NCBI GenBank assembly: GCA_051747585.1 | Contig: JBNJGH010000005.1 | Location: forward strand, 4,037 to 68,036 | Source: Candidatus Rifleibacteriota bacterium | GTDB lineage: Bacteria; Muiribacteriota; Ozemobacteria; Ozemobacterales; Ozemobacteraceae | Direction: 5' to 3' | DNA length: 64,000 nt | In this document: one piece after another, positions 29,432-37,751 of the stretch | Numbering within the stretch: the first letter of the stretch is position 1 | How the letters are laid out: each line of letters opens with the position of its first letter | The notes under the pieces: model-generated | Told to the model about the DNA's origin: nothing | The model's database searches: none | Seen by the model: the letters and a program-made list of their open reading frames with translations, nothing else | Made by a program: the position numbers and the translations under genes

Positions 29432-29503
29432 TGGGGTGTCGCCAAGCGGTAAGGCACCGGGTTTTGGGTCCGGCATTCGCAGGTTCGAATCCTGCCACCC
29501 CAG
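29432..29503 (+). tRNA. tRNA-Gln (anticodon UUG)
   Basis: I folded the cloverleaf by hand. The acceptor stem is TGGGGTG/CACCCCA with a U1-A72 pair, as in bacterial tRNA-Gln. The D arm is GCCAAGCGGTAAGGC, the anticodon stem-loop is CCGGG-TTTTGGG-TCCGG (anticodon TTG) and the T arm is GCAGGTTCGAATCCTGC. The discriminator is G and CCA is not encoded. It closely matches E. coli tRNA-Gln. Confidence 0.9.
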
Positions 29504-29506
29504 GTC

Positions 29507-29539
29507 AAAAAAACCTGCTTTCAAGCAGGTTTTTTTTAT
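29507..29539 (+). terminator. Rho-independent terminator after tRNA-Gln (A-tract/hairpin/T-tract, potentially bidirectional)
   Basis: The sequence aaaaaaaCCTGCTTtcaaGCAGGttttttttt forms a perfect 7-bp GC-rich stem flanked by an A7 run upstream and a T9 run downstream. Confidence 0.8.
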
Positions 29540-29674
29540 TTCTTTGGGTTGGGTGGAGGCAATAATTATCTGAAACGAAGTGATAATCTTTGTCTAAAAA
29601 TTGCTGAAGGTAATTCTGTAAAACAACGCGCAAGTTGTGTATAATGTTGAAGACAAATCTTGCGGAGGTTTGAG

Positions 29675-30691
29675 ATGACAGAAACTTTTCACTCACTGAT
29701 ACTGGCAGCCGGGAAAGGCACGAGAATGAAATCAGAACTCCCCAAGGTTGTACATCCGATTCTTGGCAAACCTATGGTTCGTTACGTCATTGATGCGGTA
29801 AAAGAGATGGGCTCAGCAGAAACCATTGTCGTAACCGGCTTTAAAAGTGAATTGGTGCAAAGAAATCTTACCGACGCAAAGGTTTCTTTTGTTGAACAAA
29901 CCGAACAACTGGGCACCGGTCACGCGGTTCAATGTTACGCCAGACAGGCTGAGAAAAAACCGGATCATCTTCTGGTAGTTTGTGGTGACACCCCTCTCAT
30001 TTCACGAAGCACCCTGAAGGAAATGCTGAGTATGCATCTAGAGCAAAAACCGGCAATTACAATGATGACACTTGAAATGGAAAGCCCGGGGAACTATGGC
30101 AGAATTGTTCGTAAAGCCAACAAGGTTGTCGCAATAAGAGAAGCAAAAGATTGCTCAGCCGAAGAACTCAAAATTAAAGAAGTAAATCTTGCTGTTTATC
30201 TTTTTAATTCAGACTTCCTTTTTAATAACATTTTCAAATTAAACAGTGAAAACAAGCAAAATGAATTTTACCTGACAGATTTGATAGAAATGGCTGCCAA
30301 TAAAAATGATGGTGTTTTAACCTGCAAAGAAAAAGACGAGTCATCAACCCTTGGCATTAACAGCAGAATGCATCTGGCACAGGTCAGCACTATTTTACAG
30401 CAGCAAATTAACAACAAGCTTATGGATGAAGGGGTTACCATCGTAAATCCTGACCAGACCACGATTGGACCCGATTGCCGAATAGGTAGGGACTCGATTA
30501 TCTGGCCGGGAACAATCATTACCGGCAATTCAAATATAAGCGAAGGTTGCGAGATTGGTCCAAATTGCGAAATAAATTCTTCAAGCATAGGTAAAAACTC
30601 AAAGATTAAATTCAGCATTATCGAACACACTTCTCTCAAATCAGATTCAAAAATTAAACCTTTCTCGGTTATCAAGCCTGGGAATTCATGA
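29675..30691 (+). CDS. GlmU-like sugar-1-phosphate nucleotidyltransferase with a short left-handed beta-helix; lacks the C-terminal acetyltransferase half of canonical GlmU
   Basis: ATG at 29675 with GGAGG 6 nt upstream. The NTP-transferase motif LILAAGKGTRMKSELPKVVHP…TEQLGTGHAV is present. Hexapeptide repeats (IGRDSIIWPGTIITGNSNISEGCEIGPNCEI…) follow, but the protein ends at ~339 aa, directly followed by prs. Canonical GlmU is ~450 aa. Confidence 0.75.
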   Translation: MTETFHSLILAAGKGTRMKSELPKVVHPILGKPMVRYVIDAVKEMGSAETIVVTGFKSELVQRNLTDAKVSFVEQTEQLGTGHAVQCYARQAEKKPDHLLVVCGDTPLISRSTLKEMLSMHLEQKPAITMMTLEMESPGNYGRIVRKANKVVAIREAKDCSAEELKIKEVNLAVYLFNSDFLFNNIFKLNSENKQNEFYLTDLIEMAANKNDGVLTCKEKDESSTLGINSRMHLAQVSTILQQQINNKLMDEGVTIVNPDQTTIGPDCRIGRDSIIWPGTIITGNSNISEGCEIGPNCEINSSSIGKNSKIKFSIIEHTSLKSDSKIKPFSVIKPGNS

Positions 30692-30707
30692 AATGTTGGA
30701 GTCAACA

Positions 30708-31655
30708 ATGCAAAGCAATTCTAAAGTAAAACTTTTTTCCGGACAGGCAAACACACCACTTTTTTCTGAAATTTGCCGTTATCTTTTCACCTCTGAAGGC
30801 AAAATGCTGCACACCTCATTTGCCGACGGCGAACTCTACTGCCGCATTGAAGAATCTGTAAGAGGCTGCGATACATTTATTATTCAACCCACCTGCTATC
30901 CCGTAAATGTGAATTTAATGAAGCTTCTCATCTCAATAGACGCCCTTAAAAGAGCCTCAGCCGGAAGCGTTACCGCTGTTATCCCTTATTTTGGTTACTC
31001 ACGCCAGGAAAAGAAAAGCACCGGCAGAGAACCCATTACGGCCAAACTGGTAGCAAATATTATTACCACTGCAGGTGCCAACCGGGTAATGACTATAGAT
31101 ATGCATGACCCGGCACTTCAGGGCTTTTTTGATATTCCTGTCGATCATCTTTCTGCAGCAAGAATGCTTGCCGAACATTTTGCCTCACGAGATTTAACCG
31201 ACCATGTTGTGGTTTCTCCGGATACCGGCGGAGTGCTGCGGGCCAGGCAATTTGCCAATAAATTGCTTTTACCCATGGCGATTATAGATAAAAGAAGACC
31301 TGAAGCCAATAAGGCGATCGTAATGAATGTAGTGGGAGAAGTAGAAAACAAGCATTGTATAGTAATTGACGACATAATCGATACGGCCGGAACCTTGGGA
31401 ACTGTTGCCGACACCCTTATGGAGAGCGGCGCGAAATCCGTTACCGCCTGCTGTACTCATGCTATTTTATCAGACCCTGCATCGGAAAGAATAGAAAACT
31501 CTACAGTAAATGAAATTATTTGCACAAACTCTGTGCCAATAAGCAAAGAGAAGAAAAAACGCTGCAATCTCACTGTTCTTTCAATTGCGCCACTCATTGG
31601 CGAAACTATTCGCAGAATATATGAAAGACGCTCTGTAAGCGAGCTTTTTCTTTAA
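30708..31655 (+). CDS. prs: Ribose-phosphate pyrophosphokinase
   Basis: The N-terminus is KVKLFSGQANTPLFSEICRYL. The PRPP-binding loop CIVIDDIIDTAGTL and the motifs DMHDPALQGFF and VVVSPDTGGVLRA are present. The preferred start at 30708 has TGGAG 6 nt upstream; an alternative ATG lies at 30693. Confidence 0.93.
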   Translation: MQSNSKVKLFSGQANTPLFSEICRYLFTSEGKMLHTSFADGELYCRIEESVRGCDTFIIQPTCYPVNVNLMKLLISIDALKRASAGSVTAVIPYFGYSRQEKKSTGREPITAKLVANIITTAGANRVMTIDMHDPALQGFFDIPVDHLSAARMLAEHFASRDLTDHVVVSPDTGGVLRARQFANKLLLPMAIIDKRRPEANKAIVMNVVGEVENKHCIVIDDIIDTAGTLGTVADTLMESGAKSVTACCTHAILSDPASERIENSTVNEIICTNSVPISKEKKKRCNLTVLSIAPLIGETIRRIYERRSVSELFL

Positions 31656-31671
31656 ACCGAGGTGACTTAAG

Positions 31672-34131
31672 ATGACAAGATTTACAAGATTCACTGCAAC
31701 CCTGCTTTTATGTGCATTTCTTGCCGCTATTTTCAGTGGTTGCGGCGGGAAACGTAAAAAAGAAACGAATCCTGTTTCCGTTGAAGCTCCCGAAGATACA
31801 ACAGAAGAATTTGCCAGCTGGCAACAGAGCACTGAAATAAGAGCCCAAATTGAAAATGGCGATTATGAGTCAGCCCGAAGGCAGCTGATAAAAACAATAG
31901 ATGCAGACCCTCAAAATGCGCAAGCTCACTTTTTTCTCGGGAAGTGCTACTTAGAAGAAAACGAGCTAAATCGCGCCAAAAACAGCCTTCAGAATGCGGT
32001 CGACCTGGATCCGCTCAATCGAGACTACGCCAGAGAGCTAGGAAAATGTCTGGTAAAAATTTCTGATCGACAGATAGACGAAGAATTGCCCAGCGAATCA
32101 ATAGCCAACCTGAAAAAAGCTCTTTTATTGGAATTCGAACCTAACCAAACCAGAGATAAACTTGCCAATGCTTATAGCAAAACCGCCCAAACCCTTATAG
32201 AAAACGGCAATAGTGAAGATGCCGAAAACTTACTCATAGATGCTTTGAATCAAATTCCTGACATGCCTTCACTTAGAGTAAAACTTGCCGAAGTGCTTAT
32301 CGAAAATGATCGTCTCATGGAGGCAGAAAGGATTTTAAGTACTTTATCCGAAACAAACCCGAACTACGAAAAGGGACTCATTTCTTATGCCAGCCTTCTC
32401 TATCGCATGGGCGAAGTCAACAATGCCAAAGACGTTCTTAACAAGGCTTTGTCAATTGCGCCGGCTGATCCGGAAGGGCTTGCTCTAAAAGCAAAGATTG
32501 AACGCAATGTTCCTGCAATTGAGCCTGAGCCTGATCTGGATGAAAGTCCCGCTCAAATAAAAGAACAATTCGAACAGCTTAAAAGCAGTGGCGATTACGC
32601 CCAGCAAAAAGAGCTTTTGAATCAGCTTGTAACAAAATTTCCCGAAGAAGGATGGGCTTACCTTGAGCTCAGCCAGATCGACGAAAAGCTCGAGCTTTAT
32701 GATGAAGCCCTTAAAAACGCCCGACTTTTTGTTGAAAGTAGCCCCGAATCGGCAGAGGGCAAGTTTCAACTGGCAAGTGTATTTACTCAGAAAGGCGCTT
32801 ATGAAAAAGCGCTGAACTTGCTGAAAAGCCTTAATGACAGCGCAGTGCCAGAGGAAGAAATTCTTAATTTGTCGGGTCAGATACTGGCACGCATGGGTAA
32901 TTTTGATCAAGCCCGCGAAAAATGGAACCAGGCTCTGGAAATTAACCCGGAACACGCAGCAACTATTTTCAGTATAGGCCAACTGGAAATGGAAACGGGC
33001 AAAATAGACCAAGCCCAGCATCATTTTGAGCAAGCAGTTAAAATTGATCCGTTCAACGCAAAGTTCAGATATTTTGCCGGCCTCAACCTTATTCAAAGCC
33101 GGCTACAAAAGCAGGCACACAATTTCTGGGCAGCATCAATCGAATACCTGAACCGGCAAAACCCCTACACAGAAAGAATAATGCGTGCCCTAGACAAAGA
33201 AAACGAGAACTTACAAAACATATCTAACGAGGTAGAATCTCAACCAGAAGACTTGCCCTTAGTAAAGGTGCCTTCATCCGTAATTGAAGAATCTGCACCT
33301 GATCCAGAATATAAAGAGGCTCTCGACTATGCCAGGAAAGGCTATTTCAACGAAGCCATCAACGGCTTCAGAAATGTAATTAACCGCAACCCTTCTAATT
33401 TCAATGCCCTGATGAATCTGGGGAAGGTGTACGCAATAACCGGCAAAACAGCCAGGTCCTGTGCTTTGTATCTTAAAGCCCTCAAAATTGAACCGGCAAA
33501 CACACACGCTTTGAAGGCTCTTGCAAACGCCTATTCAGATATCGGCCTTCACAGATTTGCCGCTGGAGTAACCGCTGAAGCAAGAACAACCCATCCTGGT
33601 GCTTTACAGGGCTTTCCTGAATACAAAGAGGCGACTTCAAGAATTCAAAACAATCCAAGGGCTTACCAGCCTATTATAAATGCTCTTCTTGCCGAAGATC
33701 TTGACCAGGAAGCTCTAGCCCTTCTAAAAACAGGAATTTCTGAGCAACAGGAATCGGCCACTCTTCTTATGCTTCAAGGAGAAATACACAAAGAACTTGG
33801 GCAATTCGATACCGCCCTGGATTCATACCGAAAAGCCCTGAAACTCGAGCCACAGAATCCACAACCCTATGTAAAAGCAGGTGATCTGCTATTGTCTGCC
33901 GGCCAGTATTCAAAGGCGATACAAGAATATAAAAAAGCTCTTAAGGCAAGCTTCATCGATCCCGATACCATGTTTGTAATTGTTGACAGATTCAAACAAC
34001 TTGGCAGAGATAATGAGGCTAAAAGAGTATTGGGCCGTCTTAAAAGTATGAACCTTAACCAGCGCCAGGTAGCTAAACTAGAAGCTCATCTTGGTGCTCC
34101 AATTGAAATTTCACCCGAGGAGAATAATTGA
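31672..34131 (+). CDS. TPR-repeat lipoprotein
   Basis: The signal peptide contains a lipobox (LLLCAFLAAIFSGC). About 780 aa of TPR repeats follow (…AHFFLGKCYLEENELNRAKNSLQNAVDLDP…). Confidence 0.75.
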   Translation: MTRFTRFTATLLLCAFLAAIFSGCGGKRKKETNPVSVEAPEDTTEEFASWQQSTEIRAQIENGDYESARRQLIKTIDADPQNAQAHFFLGKCYLEENELNRAKNSLQNAVDLDPLNRDYARELGKCLVKISDRQIDEELPSESIANLKKALLLEFEPNQTRDKLANAYSKTAQTLIENGNSEDAENLLIDALNQIPDMPSLRVKLAEVLIENDRLMEAERILSTLSETNPNYEKGLISYASLLYRMGEVNNAKDVLNKALSIAPADPEGLALKAKIERNVPAIEPEPDLDESPAQIKEQFEQLKSSGDYAQQKELLNQLVTKFPEEGWAYLELSQIDEKLELYDEALKNARLFVESSPESAEGKFQLASVFTQKGAYEKALNLLKSLNDSAVPEEEILNLSGQILARMGNFDQAREKWNQALEINPEHAATIFSIGQLEMETGKIDQAQHHFEQAVKIDPFNAKFRYFAGLNLIQSRLQKQAHNFWAASIEYLNRQNPYTERIMRALDKENENLQNISNEVESQPEDLPLVKVPSSVIEESAPDPEYKEALDYARKGYFNEAINGFRNVINRNPSNFNALMNLGKVYAITGKTARSCALYLKALKIEPANTHALKALANAYSDIGLHRFAAGVTAEARTTHPGALQGFPEYKEATSRIQNNPRAYQPIINALLAEDLDQEALALLKTGISEQQESATLLMLQGEIHKELGQFDTALDSYRKALKLEPQNPQPYVKAGDLLLSAGQYSKAIQEYKKALKASFIDPDTMFVIVDRFKQLGRDNEAKRVLGRLKSMNLNQRQVAKLEAHLGAPIEISPEENN

Positions 34132-34385
34132 TGACACCTAAAGAATCAACTCTTGCCAGTCTTGATAATTCAATCGACGAACTTAAAAAATCCATTGATT
34201 CGGTAAACGATACCGCATTAAAAAAAGATCTGGAAAAAACTTTAAACAATCTTAAAAAAGCTCGCGATAAAATGAGGCCCGGCAAGCCTATGGGCAGCTT
34301 ATATGTGGCAATTATACCCTTTATAATTGTATTTTTATTGCTCGGCACTTATTTTTTTACCAAACGCAACAACAACGCAGACTGA
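34128..34385 (+). CDS. Small tail-anchored membrane protein (hypothetical)
   Basis: 85 aa. The start overlaps the upstream stop (ATGA). The protein is helical and charged at the N-terminus with a single C-terminal TM (LYVAIIPFIIVFLLLGTYFF). Confidence 0.4.
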   Translation: MMTPKESTLASLDNSIDELKKSIDSVNDTALKKDLEKTLNNLKKARDKMRPGKPMGSLYVAIIPFIIVFLLLGTYFFTKRNNNAD

Positions 34386-34421
34386 CAAAATCTATTTTCA
34401 CAGCATGAATCACAAAATAAA

Positions 34422-35360
34422 ATGAGAACTTATATTTTTGGACCCGTTCCTTCAAGAAGACTTGGTATATCTCTGGGAGTCGATTTGACTCCAACTAAAA
34501 CCTGCTCTTTTGACTGCTTATATTGCCAGTTATCAAAAACCAGATTTCACACCTGCAAGAGATCAAGGTTTTGCGACCCCCAAGAGGTGTTAAAAGAGCT
34601 GAAAGAAGTGCTCGACGAAGTCGCCAGACCCGACTGGATAACCTTCTCGGGAACAGGTGAACCAACCCTTCATAAGGATCTCGGCTATCTTATAAAAGAA
34701 CTTAAAAAATTTACCCCGGTACCAGTATGTGTCATTACAAATTCATCACTTTTCCAGGATGAAAAAGTAAGACAGGAACTCATGGTCGCTGACCGGATTT
34801 TACCAACATTTTCAACTGTCCACGAGGATACTTTTCAAAAGATTCATCGGCCCATAGAGGGTATTCATATACAACCTATATTAGAAGGGTTTAAAGATTT
34901 CTGCGACAATTTTAGCGGAATAATTGAACCCGAGGTGTTTGTCTGTCCGGGAATTAACGATACAGACGAAGAAGTAAGCGCTCTTGGTGACTTTTTACGC
35001 TCATTGCCAAACCTTACTTCGATTTATTTAAATACGGCCGTAAGAAGCCCTTTGGAAAATAAGATTCTACCGGCAGATCATCTGCAACTTGACGATTTTC
35101 GCCGACGGCTCGATCTTTCTCTTCCGGTAATCACAGCCTTCGAGCGCAATATGGTTCCAGCCAGACCTGCAAAGTGGAATAGAATTACTGCTGAAGCAGA
35201 TGTTCTTAAGCTTCTGCTCAGGCATCCCTGTAATAAAATGCAGCTTGTCTATGTTTTAGGATCTCCCGAAAAAAAAGTAGAAAAGCTTTTAAATGATCTC
35301 GAAAAACAAAACAAAATTAGACTGCAACAAAACGGCGAATACAGGCTGGTAGGAAACTGA
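34422..35360 (+). CDS. Radical SAM enzyme (function unassigned)
   Basis: The CxxxCxxC motif is present (TKTCSFDCLYCQ), followed by a glycine-rich SAM-binding segment (TFSGTGEPTL). Length is 312 aa. Confidence 0.7.
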   Translation: MRTYIFGPVPSRRLGISLGVDLTPTKTCSFDCLYCQLSKTRFHTCKRSRFCDPQEVLKELKEVLDEVARPDWITFSGTGEPTLHKDLGYLIKELKKFTPVPVCVITNSSLFQDEKVRQELMVADRILPTFSTVHEDTFQKIHRPIEGIHIQPILEGFKDFCDNFSGIIEPEVFVCPGINDTDEEVSALGDFLRSLPNLTSIYLNTAVRSPLENKILPADHLQLDDFRRRLDLSLPVITAFERNMVPARPAKWNRITAEADVLKLLLRHPCNKMQLVYVLGSPEKKVEKLLNDLEKQNKIRLQQNGEYRLVGN

Positions 35361-35365
35361 ATAAC

Positions 35366-36373
35366 TCAGGCTGGATCGAGCAAAACACTTAATTTCAATA
35401 CCTCACCTTCAACCCTTACCAGTTTTCTGGCAGACAAAAATCCTTCAGCCTCAATTTTAATATTGTGGTATCCACAATCAACTGGTTTAACCGCAACTAC
35501 ACCATCATTCGATTTTTTCTGCTTTTTACCATCAATATCGATCCAAAAGTTTTTAACCGCTTTATTATTATTTCGAGAAAACACACTCATGATAATTTGG
35601 GATGTTGCCGGTGTCAGTCTTATTGTCATACGATCTTTCTGCAATCTGTCACGTTTGAATCTAAGCGTTTTGTAACCCGGACATGAAACTAGAAAAGCAA
35701 ACTTTTTTGATTTGCTTGTTTTACGATTCACGCTTATAATCGCTTCACCATTGCTGTTAATAGAGTATGAGCTGCCATCAACAGCTATAAAACCGTGCTT
35801 AACAGGTTTTTTGCTCAGGGTATTCACAAATTTAATCTTAAATTTTCTGTCAAAATTATCGCTCAACCCAAGACGAATTTTGATTTTATTCAGCACTGAA
35901 CTATCGGCAAAATTTTCATAATGCTCTTCAGGGCTAAACAAAGCAAATGAGCTGCCTATATTTTTATAAAATTTAGATCTGTTCAAACCGGCAAGTTTGC
36001 GTAAAAGTCTTGTTATCTCATGATCCGGAGCATTACTTTCAAGGAATTTTAAAGTTTTTTTAAGATGCCAGAGTATTTCGTGGTTTCTTACAGCTCTTTC
36101 CGGTCTAAAGCTGGAATCTGGAAAACCACACACAATACCCGTTTCAAGACTGGCTGCAACAGATTTAGTCTGCAAAGAACTTAAATCAACAAAGTTTTCT
36201 TCGCCTGCCATATCTTTTGTATCGGGAAGAGCTTTAAGCACAATCTGGTTTAAAACCCTTGCTAATTGTAATCTTGTCACCTGTTTGTCATTATCGAAGC
36301 GAAAAGCGGTTAAAAATAAAGAAACCGGTAAAAGTATAATAAACCAATATTGCAATTTTGACTTAACTTTCAT
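35366..36373 (-). CDS. Secreted hypothetical protein (possible partial SLH-like N-terminal segment)
   Basis: 335 aa with a signal peptide. The N-terminal stretch FDNDKQVTRLQLARVLNQIV resembles the C-terminal half of an SLH motif. I could not assign a function. Confidence 0.5.
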   Translation of the reverse strand: MKVKSKLQYWFIILLPVSLFLTAFRFDNDKQVTRLQLARVLNQIVLKALPDTKDMAGEENFVDLSSLQTKSVAASLETGIVCGFPDSSFRPERAVRNHEILWHLKKTLKFLESNAPDHEITRLLRKLAGLNRSKFYKNIGSSFALFSPEEHYENFADSSVLNKIKIRLGLSDNFDRKFKIKFVNTLSKKPVKHGFIAVDGSSYSINSNGEAIISVNRKTSKSKKFAFLVSCPGYKTLRFKRDRLQKDRMTIRLTPATSQIIMSVFSRNNNKAVKNFWIDIDGKKQKKSNDGVVAVKPVDCGYHNIKIEAEGFLSARKLVRVEGEVLKLSVLLDPA

Positions 36374-37070
36374 CTTCCGCTCCTACCAGCCAATAATGAT
36401 TGTCACTTTTAAGCAATCTGGCGTTAATATCTGCAGCGATCTGTTTCAAGCCGTCGAGAGGGTTGGTAACCGACATATCAACAGCGATGGTTTCGGGCAG
36501 TTTTCCCGAAAAACTCAAACTTATCCCTGCTCTTTCTGCCAAATTTAAAATAAGAGGTAATACCGAAACCTCTTTGAATTTTAAAACTACCGGCGAATGT
36601 TTACCCCTCTCGGGGTTCATCAAAGACTCCGAATTAAAAACAGTTTTTCCTGAATGGTTAGAGTTCTTTTCTATTATCAGCTCGATAGCGTCATCTCCTT
36701 TTTTTATGCTTTTCAAAACACTTCCGTTTAAAAAAAGCTTCAACCCGCCGATTTTTCCACCTTCAGGATAAGAGAAAAAATAGCCCATGCTTATAAGGTC
36801 ATTGGCAAAAGCATTATTTAAAAGTTTTTTATCCAGACCGCTTCCTTTAAAATCAATTGTTAAACTTGCATCTACGGCATTAAAACTAACAACCTGGTTT
36901 AACGAATTATTTGCCCCGATAAAGACAGAACAACTGTTTTCCCGTTCATCGATACGACAGGATAAAAGCAGGTTATCTTCTTTAAATGCGGCCCTTGCCA
37001 GACCAAGACTGACAAGAAACAAAATAACAATTATCTGCCAACGATTAAATAAAGGGTTCTTCATAGTCAT
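36363..37070 (-). CDS. Secreted protein with C-terminal STN-like (secretin/TonB short N-terminal) domain
   Basis: 235 aa with a signal peptide. The C-terminal KFKEVSVLPLILNLAERAGISLSFSGKLPETIAVDMSVTNPLDGLKQIA resembles STN-domain consensus. The assignment is by eye only. Confidence 0.45.
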   Translation of the reverse strand: MTMKNPLFNRWQIIVILFLVSLGLARAAFKEDNLLLSCRIDERENSCSVFIGANNSLNQVVSFNAVDASLTIDFKGSGLDKKLLNNAFANDLISMGYFFSYPEGGKIGGLKLFLNGSVLKSIKKGDDAIELIIEKNSNHSGKTVFNSESLMNPERGKHSPVVLKFKEVSVLPLILNLAERAGISLSFSGKLPETIAVDMSVTNPLDGLKQIAADINARLLKSDNHYWLVGAEDES

Positions 37071-37668
37071 CCTTTAAAAACACCTGCTCCAAAATGCTGT
37101 ATAGATTCATACGGGTAATATTGGCAAAACGTCGGGAACTTATTTGTCTAAGTTTCTCTTCTCTTCCGATAATGACGGCAAGATTTTTCAATTTAGTGCT
37201 GACATCTTCTGCATTTACAATTTCAGCATCAAGCAACAGGTCTTTACTGAAGTTAAGCTTGTAAAATCTTATTATGGTAGTCAACGCATGATTAAATTCT
37301 TTTACGGTTATCGGTTCATAGGGCGCAAAAAAATTATTGCCACGATAAAGACAGCCATCCATTTCCAACAGCTTTGCCGCGTCATGATAAATCTGGTGAT
37401 CTACGGGAATATCAACAAAAAATGCCATATCATTTTTTGCATTTGTATTAAAAACTGAAACACAAAAAACAAGACTGAAAGATGTAAAAAAGAAAATAAA
37501 ACCGGCAACAAGAAGCTTGCGGCACTTAATTTTTAAATTTCGATTAAGCTTTATTTGAGCTGCAGAAAAAATTTTTGCAACAAATGAATCTACGAAAAAC
37601 AAAATTGCTTTTCGCTGCAATAAAATAAATTTCAAAAAGGATTTGCCTGCAATGCTCTTTTTTATCAT
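37045..37668 (-). CDS. Membrane-anchored SLH-domain protein
   Basis: A single TM (LLVAGFIFFFTSFSLVFCVSVF) is followed by an SLH-like motif FVDIPVDHQIYHDAAKLLEMDGCLYRGNNFFAPYEPITVKEFNHALTTIIRF. Confidence 0.5.
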   Translation of the reverse strand: MIKKSIAGKSFLKFILLQRKAILFFVDSFVAKIFSAAQIKLNRNLKIKCRKLLVAGFIFFFTSFSLVFCVSVFNTNAKNDMAFFVDIPVDHQIYHDAAKLLEMDGCLYRGNNFFAPYEPITVKEFNHALTTIIRFYKLNFSKDLLLDAEIVNAEDVSTKLKNLAVIIGREEKLRQISSRRFANITRMNLYSILEQVFLKDDYEEPFI

Positions 37669-37751
37669 TCTTATTATTAATCGACTTTTTCACCACAATA
37701 TGTTAATATTTTGCCCATTGTCTTATAGCAGAGGAGCGAAGGGTACAAAGA

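Noticed and set aside
30268-30708. 146-aa minus-strand ORF overlapping the glmU-like gene
   Set aside because: It is antisense to a motif-supported CDS with no RBS. Other shadow ORFs were rejected on the same logic: 10126-10901, 11130-12132, 16504-17183, 32485-33096, 40140-41238, 41910-42484, 43032-43425, 45711-45943, 46897-47787, 49209-49869, 51305-51742 and 58169-58860.
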